Source: an uncultured bacterium
Lineage (GTDB): Bacteria > Patescibacteriota > Minisyncoccia > Phycocordibacterales > UBA9973
Assembly: GCA_903892035.1 (NCBI GenBank)
Contig: CAITGV010000001.1
Location: forward strand, 355,310-419,309
Direction: 5' to 3'
Length of the DNA stretch: 64,000 bases
Below, piece by piece: positions 39,912-48,963 of this stretch. Positions within the stretch are counted from its first letter, which is position 1; every line of letters starts with the position of its first letter. The notes below the pieces were generated by a model. That model had not been told where the DNA came from, ran no database searches, and saw nothing but the letters and a program-made list of their open reading frames with translations. Both the position numbers and the translations under genes were made by a program.

Positions 39912-40739
39912 ATGGAAAATATCAATAATACAAAGGAATATTCAAAGGACATGCATTCTGCTAATGCAGGAGAAGAACAAGCAGAAAGTGCTTTCGTGGT
40001 ACTCTCAAAAAAGACCGATAAATTGGTCACAGCTTTGTATATGGTCACAGACTGTATGGAGTTTGCAGAACCAGTAAGAACTAAACTTCGTGCAGTGGGG
40101 GCGGACCTTGTTTCTGGTGTAAAACATGCAGAATATCGCAATGCCATAAATAAGCATTTCCTTTTCGAAGAGCTCGAAGGAAGTGTCTCCGAAGTGCTTT
40201 CTTTTTTAGAAATTGCATCATCTGTGGGGCTCATTTCAAGCATGAATGGAGCAATTCTTTCTAAAGAATTTAGTAGTCTTTCTGACGCTATCAAACATCA
40301 TAAAAATCAAAATAAAAATGGCCGATTCAAAGATCCAAATTTCGAAGGAAAATCATTATCAAGTTTTCTTTTGGGTGAAAAAGATTTCGGTGTGCCAGTA
40401 GCGCTCACAAGTCCTATAGATAAAGACACAGACGATAAAGGACAGTTGTCCTTTAGAAAAGATATACAGAAAAAGGACGCAATTATTCCTAGCGCTAGAC
40501 CCATAGAAAACTCTAAAGGACACGTATCAAGGACAACAGAAATAGCATTAAGAATATCAAGACGTAATGATATTTTGAAACTTATAAAGGACAGCAAAGA
40601 AGTTACCATAAAGGACATTTCAAAAGTTATTATTGGTTGCTCAGAAAAGACCATTCAGCGTGAACTTACGTCTTTAATATCAGAAGGAGTTATAAAAAAA
40701 GTTGGTGAAAAACGCTGGAGTAGGTATTCGATCAAATAG
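39912..40739 (+). CDS. Helical-bundle plus C-terminal DeoR-like wHTH protein
   Basis: VTIKDISKVIIGCSEKTIQRELTSL...GEKRWSRY. Confidence 0.75.
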   Translation: MENINNTKEYSKDMHSANAGEEQAESAFVVLSKKTDKLVTALYMVTDCMEFAEPVRTKLRAVGADLVSGVKHAEYRNAINKHFLFEELEGSVSEVLSFLEIASSVGLISSMNGAILSKEFSSLSDAIKHHKNQNKNGRFKDPNFEGKSLSSFLLGEKDFGVPVALTSPIDKDTDDKGQLSFRKDIQKKDAIIPSARPIENSKGHVSRTTEIALRISRRNDILKLIKDSKEVTIKDISKVIIGCSEKTIQRELTSLISEGVIKKVGEKRWSRYSIK

Positions 40740-40748
40740 ATTATATAA

Positions 40749-40934
40749 AACCCTCACCTCAGTCCTCTCCCTTATCAAGGAGAGGAAGACTGCTTAGCTT
40801 TCGATGTTCCCCCTGATAAGGGGGATTGAGGGGGTTGTATTTTTTTGTAATCTTCATACATTTCTTTCGTCTCTATTATTGTATCTCGCTTTTCTCCCCT
40901 CCCATTTATAAGGGGAGGGGTCGGGGGAGAGGTG
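40749..40934. repeat. Cluster of CCCCT/AGGGG palindromic repeats
   Basis: Three copies at about 40749-40788, 40807-40837 and 40893-40934. Confidence 0.7.
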
Positions 40935-41471
40935 CATTGCATTTTCACCCCAAAAATGCTACTATGTGGTGTGCTTTGTAAATCAATATTTGAGATTTAC
41001 AGGCATGCCTCGCACATTGCGAAAGCATTTGTGCAGGGGTTATCCACATTATAGTTTTGCGACTTCGGTTGCATATATACTATAATGTTTATATGTGTAA
41101 TGCCTGACGGATTTTTTTCCGTTTTGTCGTGCACATGTCCATGGAGTGATCATTGAAAATTAAATAAATTGTTTTCGTTAATAAAAAACAAAACAATATA
41201 TAGATTGATTTTTATATTTATTTTTCGCATTGCGATATGCGTAAAATTTTTATAATTATTATTCTCGTTTTCTTGATCAACGTTTATTTTGCAACTACCG
41301 AAATTGTTTTAAAAACCAATTTCGTTTAGTAACAAATTCGGGAGCGTTAATTAAGCTCCGGAATTTAAAATGCGCAACATATTAGTTTTGTCGAAATTAA
41401 TTAATAGCGCATAGATCCACAGTGTATGAATAATTTAATTTCGTACGCTCGACGGTCACATTAAAAAAAAT

Positions 41472-44400
41472 ATGTTAAAAACAAAAATTGCGAAAGCAAT
41501 TCTTGGATTTGTAGCAATGCTTATGTTGGTTGTTGGCTTTTCAGCTAATGCTTACACATTCACAGCTCCAAATCTAATGAAAGGTTCAACAGGCGAGGCT
41601 GTCAAACAGCTTCAAATGGTTTTGAACGCAACTCCTGCAACTCAAGTTGCTACATCGGGTGCTGGTTCTCCAGGAATGGAAACTATGTACTTCGGTGGTG
41701 CTACTAAAACTGCAGTGATGAAATACCAGACAGCTCATGGTCTTCCGTCAACAGGTCTTGTTGGTCCAATGACACGCGCTGTGTTAAATGGAACACAAGT
41801 AGTAGTACAAGGAAACTGTCCTACAGGATTCCACACAGTTACTCCTGTTGCTCCAACATTCGCAGCATGTGCTGCAGACGTTGCAAATCAATCAGGTCCT
41901 GTAACAGTAGCTATGGCTTCAGATAGCCCAGCTTCAGGTTCTGTTGTTTCTCCATCAACTGGTGCTGTATTTGCTAAATACACATTTACAGGTAATGGCA
42001 CAGTTACTTCAATGAGTTTCAAGAGAACAGGTATTTCTTCAAATACTTCTCTCACAAACATCTATCTTTATGATGGGGCAACTCGTTTGACAGATGGATT
42101 TTCATTGAATTCTGACAATACAGCAACATTTGCTAATATCAGTGGTCTATTTACAGTTTCAGGCACACGAACAATTTCAGTGGTTGCTGATGTAACAGGC
42201 TCTGATTACAGTATTGGTCTAGATCTTACAAGTATCACTTCAGGTGGCGTAGTTTCACCTGTTAGTGTTGTAGGAAATGTTCAATATGTTGCAGTAGTTT
42301 CAAACCCAGCTACAGTAGACTTTGGAACTGTAACACCTACAGGTGGTTCAATTGACCCAGCTCATGATGTTGTAGTATTCAATAGTAATGTAAACGTTGG
42401 TACACGTGATGTTACTCTTACACGTTTGGCGATGCGTCAAATTGGTTCAGTTAACACAAGTGATATTGCTAACTTCCGTCTTATGATTGATGGTACAACA
42501 GTATCAACTGTTGCTACTATGGACATGAACGGTTATGTAACATTTGCTCTTGCTACACCAAAAGTTCTTACAACAGGAACACGTGTGTTTAAAGTTCTTG
42601 CAGATGTTAATGCTGGATCATCACGAACATTCCAATTCTCAATCCGTAACAAGACAGATATTGGTATAATGGATACACAATACAATGCAGGAGTTGCTGC
42701 AACATTTAATTCAAGCAACTTCCCAGCAAGTTCAGTAGCTGCAACTTCAATCAATTCTGGCTCAGTCACAGTACAAAAAGCTTCTGATTCAACGTCAGGA
42801 AATGTTACTTTGAATGGCCACGATGTTGTTCTTGCTCGTTACAGTTTGACAACATACGGTGAATCTCTAAAGATTGAAACAATCTTGGCTGGATTTACTT
42901 CTTCAAACGGTAGTGTTGGTTCACTTCGAAATGGCCGTATTATGATAAACGGTTCTCAAGTTGGTTCAACAGCTACACTTTTGAAAGTAGGTTCTGGTGG
43001 AACTTCGTTCACAACAAATTACACACTTGCAGCTGGTCAACCTGCTACTCTTGAAATTCGTGCAGATTTGTACGACAACGATGGAACAAATGATCTTGCT
43101 ATAAGTGATACAGTAACTGGCCGATTGATGGTTCCAGGTTCTGCGAACACACAACGTTTGTCATCACTTGGTTACATAACAGTCCCTGCTTCTTACTATG
43201 ATGGAAATGCTTTGAGTGTCCAATCTGCTGCATCTTTGACAATGGCAAAGACTTCAACATATAGTGCACAAACAACAGCTGTTCCTCAAACTCAGTCATA
43301 CAAGGTTGCTTCTTACTCTTTGAGTGGAAACAATGTTGAAGACGTAAATCTTGATACAGTTTCAGTAGATTTCACTGCTGTTTCTGGAACAACATTTACA
43401 TCAGCTGATCTTACAGATGTAACTCTAAAGATTGACGGTACAGTTATAGGTTCACCAAAATCAACAGTAACTGCAACTGGTAATTCTTACTCAATCACAA
43501 AAGTTCTTCCAAAGAATGGAACAATGAATATTGAACTATGGGCAACTATTGGTTCAACAATCACTGCAACTAATTCGATTAAGGCAACTACGACAGTTTC
43601 TGGTGTTGGTGCTTCATCTTCAGTAGCTTCTTCAACAGGAGCAGTTGATGGTCAAGTAATAACAGCAAACTCCGGTTCAATTACAGCTACAACTGATGCT
43701 TCACGACCTGATGCATCTATGAATGATGATTCTGGTACAAAGACAATGGCTGCATTTAAATTTGCTGCCGTTACAGATTCTTACACAGTTACAGATCTTA
43801 CATTTACAGTTGCTGATGTAACTACTGTTTCTCAAATGAGTCTATATGATGGAACAACTCTTATTGCTCAAAAGACTGCAGCAGGAACAACAACCTTCAG
43901 CGGTATTTCATGGCCAATTCCAGCTGGTACATCAAAGATTCTTACAGTTAAATTGGATCTTGGTACAGTTGGTGTAGGTAATGGTTCAACTGGTGCTTCA
44001 ACACTTGTTACATTGACTTCAGGTCTTGCAACAAATGGTGCTGGTACAAATGCTGCGATTACACAGAGTAATCCTGCAGGTACTGCACAATACACATTCA
44101 AGGCTATTCCTACTCTAACAACAGTTACACTTCCTACTACATCACTTGTAGCTGGAACAAATACTCTTGCTAAGTTCTCAGTAAATACAAATGGTACTGG
44201 AACAGTAGGATGGAACAGAATCGTATTAAACGTAACAAAGACTGATCATCCAACTCTATCAACATTCACACTTTGGAATGCTGATTCGAATACTCAAATT
44301 GCCGGTACATTTATAGTACATGACACTGCAAACGTAGCTTCTTGTATTGCAACTGACGGTAGTGGAGATACTTGCCGCCTAGGATTTGTTCCTGGAACAG

Positions 44401-44693
44401 AACAACAAGTTTCTGGTTCAGTAAACTATGTTCTTAAGGCAACAGTTGGAGGTGCTCTTGCAACAGCAGACTATGTAAGTACAACTATCCCATCAAACAC
44501 TGCGTCATTTGTGGCTTCAAACACATATTCGACAATTGCGGGTAGTCCATCAACATACACAAACTATGGAACAACTCCATCATTTGTATGGTCTGATGTT
44601 TCAGCTGCTAGTCACGATACTACAACATCTGACTGGTCAACTGATTACCTAGTTCGCTCATTGCCACTTGATTCACAAACTCTTACAAAATAA
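41472..44693 (+). CDS. Large secreted S-layer-like surface protein with peptidoglycan-binding domain
   Basis: Signal peptide; GEAVKQLQ..L...YFGGATKTAV..YQ...GLVGPMTR; Thr/Ser-rich beta repeats; strong ACA/TCA/GCT codon bias. Confidence 0.8.
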   Translation: MLKTKIAKAILGFVAMLMLVVGFSANAYTFTAPNLMKGSTGEAVKQLQMVLNATPATQVATSGAGSPGMETMYFGGATKTAVMKYQTAHGLPSTGLVGPMTRAVLNGTQVVVQGNCPTGFHTVTPVAPTFAACAADVANQSGPVTVAMASDSPASGSVVSPSTGAVFAKYTFTGNGTVTSMSFKRTGISSNTSLTNIYLYDGATRLTDGFSLNSDNTATFANISGLFTVSGTRTISVVADVTGSDYSIGLDLTSITSGGVVSPVSVVGNVQYVAVVSNPATVDFGTVTPTGGSIDPAHDVVVFNSNVNVGTRDVTLTRLAMRQIGSVNTSDIANFRLMIDGTTVSTVATMDMNGYVTFALATPKVLTTGTRVFKVLADVNAGSSRTFQFSIRNKTDIGIMDTQYNAGVAATFNSSNFPASSVAATSINSGSVTVQKASDSTSGNVTLNGHDVVLARYSLTTYGESLKIETILAGFTSSNGSVGSLRNGRIMINGSQVGSTATLLKVGSGGTSFTTNYTLAAGQPATLEIRADLYDNDGTNDLAISDTVTGRLMVPGSANTQRLSSLGYITVPASYYDGNALSVQSAASLTMAKTSTYSAQTTAVPQTQSYKVASYSLSGNNVEDVNLDTVSVDFTAVSGTTFTSADLTDVTLKIDGTVIGSPKSTVTATGNSYSITKVLPKNGTMNIELWATIGSTITATNSIKATTTVSGVGASSSVASSTGAVDGQVITANSGSITATTDASRPDASMNDDSGTKTMAAFKFAAVTDSYTVTDLTFTVADVTTVSQMSLYDGTTLIAQKTAAGTTTFSGISWPIPAGTSKILTVKLDLGTVGVGNGSTGASTLVTLTSGLATNGAGTNAAITQSNPAGTAQYTFKAIPTLTTVTLPTTSLVAGTNTLAKFSVNTNGTGTVGWNRIVLNVTKTDHPTLSTFTLWNADSNTQIAGTFIVHDTANVASCIATDGSGDTCRLGFVPGTEQQVSGSVNYVLKATVGGALATADYVSTTIPSNTASFVASNTYSTIAGSPSTYTNYGTTPSFVWSDVSAASHDTTTSDWSTDYLVRSLPLDSQTLTK

Positions 44694-44716
44694 TAGTTTA
44701 GGCTTCATGTAGTAAT

Positions 44717-44795
44717 AGTTTCTCGATTCTTAAAATTGAAAGTCTGGTTGACTTAAATCACCAACAAAAAAGCACCCTTCACCGGGTGCTTTTTT
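44717..44795 (+). repeat. R1 repeat copy 1 plus terminator
   Basis: agtttctcgattc...aatcaccaacaaaaaagc then accc-ttcacc-gggtgctttttt. Confidence 0.85.
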
Positions 44796-44822
44796 GCTTG
44801 CCAAAAATTAAAATACCCTCGT

Positions 44823-45629
44823 GTTGAAGTTTGACTTCAACAAAAAGTAATTAAAAACTGTTGAAGTTTGACTTCAGTGGTGATAATATTTATGTATATG
44901 AGAAAAGAACAATTTGGTGTTGACTCTATAATTCATGTTTATAATCGTGGAAATAGAAAACAAAAAATAGTAATAGATGATAATGATCGGTGGCATTTTT
45001 TACAGATACTTTTTTATTTTAATGACGAATTTTCTCCAGTGAATCCATTCCGCACACTAAGGGAACTGTTGAAGTTTGACTTCAGCAGTAAACTTATCTG
45101 GCCAGATGAATGGCCAGAAAGAAATAAACTTGTAAATATTGTAGGTTTTTCATTGAAAGATAATCATTTTCATTTAATTATTCAGGAAATTAAAGAAGGA
45201 GGAACAACAAAATTTATGAGGAAGTTTGGTACTGGAATGACAAATTATTTTAATACAAAATATAAAGAAAGAGGAAAACTTTTTCAGGGTTCATATAAAG
45301 CAAGATTGGTTGATACAGATAATTATTTAAAATATTTAAGTGTATATGTTCAAGTAAAAAATGTTATTGAAATGTATTCGGGTGGGTTAGAAAATGCAAT
45401 TTTAAATTTTGATCATGCTTATCAATTTGCAATAGATTATAAATACGGAAGTCTTGGTTCACAAATTTTACAAAATCTTGAAACAGATAAAATTCTTGAT
45501 AATCACATACTGGTTGATCTTTTTAAAAGTGGAGAGTATAAAAAATTTTCAAAAGAATGTTTAACATTTGTAATTTTTGATGAAAAAAAATCTCAACTTG
45601 TATATTAGTTGTTGAAGTCAAACTTCAAC
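44823..45629 (+). mobile_element. REP-flanked RAYT element
   Basis: gttgaagtttgacttcaac (44823-44841) is the exact reverse complement of 45611-45629; further copies at 44860 and 45066. Confidence 0.8.
44898..45608 (+). CDS. REP-associated tyrosine transposase (IS200/Y1 HUH family)
   Basis: HVYNRG, NHFHL (HUH), YFNTKYKERGKLFQGSYK, YLSVYV. Confidence 0.88.
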   Translation: MRKEQFGVDSIIHVYNRGNRKQKIVIDDNDRWHFLQILFYFNDEFSPVNPFRTLRELLKFDFSSKLIWPDEWPERNKLVNIVGFSLKDNHFHLIIQEIKEGGTTKFMRKFGTGMTNYFNTKYKERGKLFQGSYKARLVDTDNYLKYLSVYVQVKNVIEMYSGGLENAILNFDHAYQFAIDYKYGSLGSQILQNLETDKILDNHILVDLFKSGEYKKFSKECLTFVIFDEKKSQLVY

Positions 45630-45643
45630 GGAAACTTCAACAG

Positions 45644-45701
45644 AATACATATGTCCGCCTATGGGGAAATGCATGCGGTTTTCGGTAGAAAACCGCATGC
45701 G
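45644..45701 (+). repeat. R2 repeat copy 1
   Basis: aatacatatgtccg.cctatgggg...tgcggttttcggtagaaaaccgca; also at 46245-46303 and partially at 46936-46966. Confidence 0.85.
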
Positions 45702-45739
45702 TAGTTTACCAGTTTGTATTACGTTGATATAATTAATCA

Positions 45740-46123
45740 ATGAAAGATTTTGATAATTGGAACAAAGAAAAACAATATATAAATAACTTAAATCACCACC
45801 CCTACTGTGCTATTCGAGAAATATGGTGGTGTTCATTGGGAGTAAATGTGGGTGTTGAGATTGATGGAAAAAATGGAAAATTTGAAAGACCAGTTCTAAT
45901 TTTGAAATATTTAAATAAAGACATGGTATTAGTAATACCACTTACAACAAAAAATAAAAATGATAAAAATCATATTCAAATTGAAATGGAAGATAGGGTT
46001 TCTTTTGCAAAGATTTCCCAATCTAGAGTTATTAGCACGAAGAGACTTTTAAGAAAGATAGATATGTTGCCAGAGGGGGAATTTGTGGAGGTCAAGAAAA
46101 AATTTATAGAATTTCTTTCATAA
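45740..46123 (+). CDS. PemK/MazF family toxin (no adjacent protein antitoxin)
   Basis: REIWWCSLGVNVGVEIDGK...RPVLI...IPLTT. Confidence 0.88.
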   Translation: MKDFDNWNKEKQYINNLNHHPYCAIREIWWCSLGVNVGVEIDGKNGKFERPVLILKYLNKDMVLVIPLTTKNKNDKNHIQIEMEDRVSFAKISQSRVISTKRLLRKIDMLPEGEFVEVKKKFIEFLS

Positions 46124-46172
46124 ACATCGAAACCCCCTTGCGGGGGTTTCTCGGAGGCCGAAGCCGTCAATA
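46092..46172 (-). ncRNA. Putative antisense sRNA 1
   Basis: Minus-strand TTGACA(46205-46200)-16-TATTAT; GGC-UUCG-GCC and GAAACCCCC-GCAA-GGGGGUUUC hairpins. Confidence 0.55.
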
Positions 46173-46210
46173 CATATATAATATATTTTTTAAATTAATT
46201 GTCAACTGTT

Positions 46211-46303
46211 TAAAATCCGCACAAGTCAGGCTTGTGCGAAGGAAAATACATATGTCCGACCTATGGGGGAACTGCGTGCGGTTTTCGGTAGAAAACCGCA
46301 CGC
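46211..46303 (+). repeat. R3+R2 repeat
   Basis: taaaatccgcacaagtcaggcttgtgcgaa... matches 46901-46966. Confidence 0.85.
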
Positions 46304-46351
46304 TGGATTATTTATTTTTGTAAATTATCATAGTGTTGATATAATTAATCA

Positions 46352-46738
46352 ATGAAGGATTATATTAACTGGAATAAAAAGAAAATTCAAATTGACGAAA
46401 TAAAAAACAGACCATTTTTTCACGAAAGAGAAATTTGGTTTTGTCATCTGGGTGTTAATGTTGGGTTTGAGCAAGATGGTTCAAATGATGAATTTTTAAG
46501 ACCTGTTGTTATTGTGCGGAAGTTTAATAACAGTATATTTTTGGCAGTTCCACTAACTCGAACAAATAAGAAGAATCAATTTTATTTTCAGTTTATTTTT
46601 AATGAAAATGAAAAAAGTACAGCTATTTTATCTCAGATCAAGCTTATTGATGGTAGACGATTAAGTTATAAAATTGGTGATATTTCAGAAATAGATTTTA
46701 TTGAACTAAAGAAAAAACTCAAGGCTTTGATACCTTGA
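46352..46738 (+). CDS. PemK/MazF family toxin (no adjacent protein antitoxin)
   Basis: REIWFCHLGVNVGFEQDG...RPVVIV...VPLT. Confidence 0.88.
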   Translation: MKDYINWNKKKIQIDEIKNRPFFHEREIWFCHLGVNVGFEQDGSNDEFLRPVVIVRKFNNSIFLAVPLTRTNKKNQFYFQFIFNENEKSTAILSQIKLIDGRRLSYKIGDISEIDFIELKKKLKALIP

Positions 46739-46792
46739 GTTTTTTCCATTTATACCTCCACCAAAGGTGGAGTCGGGCCGAGGCCATTTGTA
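46709..46792 (-). ncRNA. Putative antisense sRNA 2
   Basis: Minus-strand TTGACT(46826-46821)-17-TAAAGT with TG extension; GGCCUCGGCC and CUCCACC-UUU-GGUGGAG hairpins; terminator 46712-46745. Confidence 0.55.
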
Positions 46793-46826
46793 TTTACACT
46801 TTATCAAATAGCAAAGATAAAGTCAA

Positions 46827-46901
46827 AGTTTCTCGATTCTAAATCGAAAGTCTGGTCGACTCAAATCACCAACAAAAAAGCGGTAGGCAAGACCTACCGC
46901 T
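46827..46901 (+). repeat. R1 repeat copy 2 plus hairpin
   Basis: agtttctcgattctaaatcgaaagtctggtcgactcaaatcaccaacaaaaaagc, then ggtagg-caaga-cctaccgct. Confidence 0.85.
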
Positions 46902-46997
46902 AAAATCCGCACAAGTCAGACTTGTGCGAAAGGAAAATACATATGTTCGACCTATGAGGAATTGCGTAATATCTATTTTGTGTGGTATAGTAATGAT

Positions 46998-47219
46998 ATG
47001 AATACGTTGATAAAAAAAATCAATATTGGAACCCTCGAGGATAAACCTGTGGTTATGATGTCTGCAGATATTTGGGAAAAAATGCAAGCAAAATTTCTTG
47101 AAATGCAGGAGGATTTAGAAATGTATACTTCTAAGACATACAAGAAGAGTATTACTCGCGCAAGAAATTCTAAGAAATTTTTTACTAGTTCTGAAGCACG
47201 TAAAAAACTAGGTTTATAA
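46998..47219 (+). CDS. Putative RelB/Phd-like antitoxin
   Basis: KPVVMMS...EDLEM...SITRAR...EARKKLGL; directly upstream of RelE. Confidence 0.7.
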   Translation: MNTLIKKINIGTLEDKPVVMMSADIWEKMQAKFLEMQEDLEMYTSKTYKKSITRARNSKKFFTSSEARKKLGL

Positions 47220-47222
47220 TAT

Positions 47223-47477
47223 ATGCGTTATCTTATTACCGAAGAAGGTATAAGAACTTTGTTGCAATTGCCAAAGTCTGTGCAAAGAAAAATTCTAGAT
47301 AAATTAGATTATATTTTTGAAACCGAAAACCCGTTTACATACTCAAAAAAATTAAATCATTTTGAATATGGAGATTATCGAATGAGAATAGGGGACTATC
47401 GTGCATCGTTTGATTTAAAAAATAATACGGCATATTTTTTAAAGTTTGGACATCGCAAAGATTTTTATAAGAAATAA
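47223..47477 (+). CDS. RelE/ParE family toxin
   Basis: YRMRIGDYR, GHRKDFYK. Confidence 0.9.
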   Translation: MRYLITEEGIRTLLQLPKSVQRKILDKLDYIFETENPFTYSKKLNHFEYGDYRMRIGDYRASFDLKNNTAYFLKFGHRKDFYKK

Positions 47478-47560
47478 AGTTTCTCGATTCAAAATCGAAA
47501 GTCTGGTCGACTCAAATCACCAACAAAAAAGCACTCCGACCTAGGTCGGAGTGCTTTTTT
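47478..47560 (+). repeat. R1 repeat copy 3 plus terminator
   Basis: Same ~55-bp unit, then actccgacc-ta-ggtcggagtgctttttt. Confidence 0.85.
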
Positions 47561-47636
47561 TTGTGTAATATTTTTGATTAAAATACGGCTTTAGTTTTAT
47601 AGGTCAAATTTATTATCAATTTAATTATTTAAATTT

Positions 47637-48143
47637 ATGGGACAAAAAACTACAAATAGAACAGCATGGGCGATTATTGTTGTAGCAATTTTGGCAGTAG
47701 GGGCGTATTTGATATTTAATAAGTCAGCTGTAAATCCAGTAGCGACAGATAGTATTTCAGACAATACAAACACAGTAGCTGATACTATCACAAATCCAAC
47801 CAATGAACCTGAATCTGTGCAGGATACATCGGGGCAGACAGGTGGTGTTGCGCCAGTGACTCTATCTTATGCAAATGCTTTGATAAAGTATGCAGACAGA
47901 AGGATCCAACTTAATGCAACTTGCCAAGCATATCCGTACAATGTTACATACAAAGACAATACAGGTATTATGATATACAACAGGTCTCCAAATACTCGCA
48001 CAGTGAAGGTGGGAACGACATTTACTATAAAACCTTGGGGATTTAGGATAGTTGTTCTTCCTGATATATATCTAAAATCAAAGACTATTTTGGTAGATTG
48101 TGACAAAATGCAAAACGTAGCGACGATATTGGTCCAAGAGTAG
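47637..48143 (+). CDS. Hypothetical membrane-anchored protein
   Basis: N-terminal TM segment, low-complexity linker, beta domain with two Cys. Confidence 0.7.
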   Translation: MGQKTTNRTAWAIIVVAILAVGAYLIFNKSAVNPVATDSISDNTNTVADTITNPTNEPESVQDTSGQTGGVAPVTLSYANALIKYADRRIQLNATCQAYPYNVTYKDNTGIMIYNRSPNTRTVKVGTTFTIKPWGFRIVVLPDIYLKSKTILVDCDKMQNVATILVQE

Positions 48144-48244
48144 TGTAATGGTTTTACTCAGTCTACTGCTTATCTATGTAAGTCTAAATTAACAAAAGGT
48201 CGAAATTATAATGTTTCTCTTATTAAATTAAAATTAAAAATTAT

Positions 48245-48898
48245 ATGAACAAAATTTCAAAGTTTACAAATCGTTTTATGAAAATAGCAGGAATTTCAAT
48301 TGCAGCTCTTGCTCTTGTAATTCTCCCAGGTATTTCTCGTGCAGATACTCTTACTCGCAATCTTTCAGTTGGATCTACGGGTACTGAAGTTTCATCACTC
48401 CAAACATTTCTAGCAACTGACGCTACAATTTATCCACAGGGTTTAGTTACAGGATACTTTGGTTTCCTTACAAAATCAGCAGTATCAAACTTTCAAAGTA
48501 AAAATAGCCTAACTGCAGATGGAATCGTGGGACCAATGTCACGTAGTGTTATAAATCAACAAATGATAAATGGTATGGGTGGAAATTCTCAAGCCCCAAT
48601 GATTTCAGATGTAATTATAAACACAACTAACTCTGGTGCAATGGTAAACTGGACTACAAACGAAGGTGCAAAAGGAGTTGTTTATTACAGTACAAGTCCA
48701 CTTTCAACTTATGAACACGAAAATTCAGTAGACATAAGTGGCAGTACAGCAATGACTGATTCAAGTCTACGCACAACACAAAATATTTCAGTACAAAATT
48801 TGCAATCAAATACAACTTATTACTACATGATCTATACTACTGATCAAGCAGGAAATGTAAGTGTAACAATCCCAGCAACTTTCCACACTTCAAATTAA
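48245..48898 (+). CDS. Peptidoglycan-binding domain plus FN3-like secreted protein
   Basis: GSTGTEVSSLQTFL...TGYFGFLTKSAV..FQ...DGIVGP; LQSNTTYYY. Confidence 0.8.
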   Translation: MNKISKFTNRFMKIAGISIAALALVILPGISRADTLTRNLSVGSTGTEVSSLQTFLATDATIYPQGLVTGYFGFLTKSAVSNFQSKNSLTADGIVGPMSRSVINQQMINGMGGNSQAPMISDVIINTTNSGAMVNWTTNEGAKGVVYYSTSPLSTYEHENSVDISGSTAMTDSSLRTTQNISVQNLQSNTTYYYMIYTTDQAGNVSVTIPATFHTSN

Positions 48899-48963
48899 GT
48901 AAGTAGTGGTATTAAAAACCGTCACGACTTTGGTCGCGGCGGTTTTTATATTATAATATGAGG

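Noticed and set aside
44717-47560. CRISPR array interpretation of the R1/R2 repeats
   Set aside because: The intervening segments are gene-sized and irregular, and no cas genes are present.
44717-47560. Classical integron with attC sites
   Set aside because: No IntI tyrosine recombinase in the window and no clear RYYYAAC...GTTRRRY ends.
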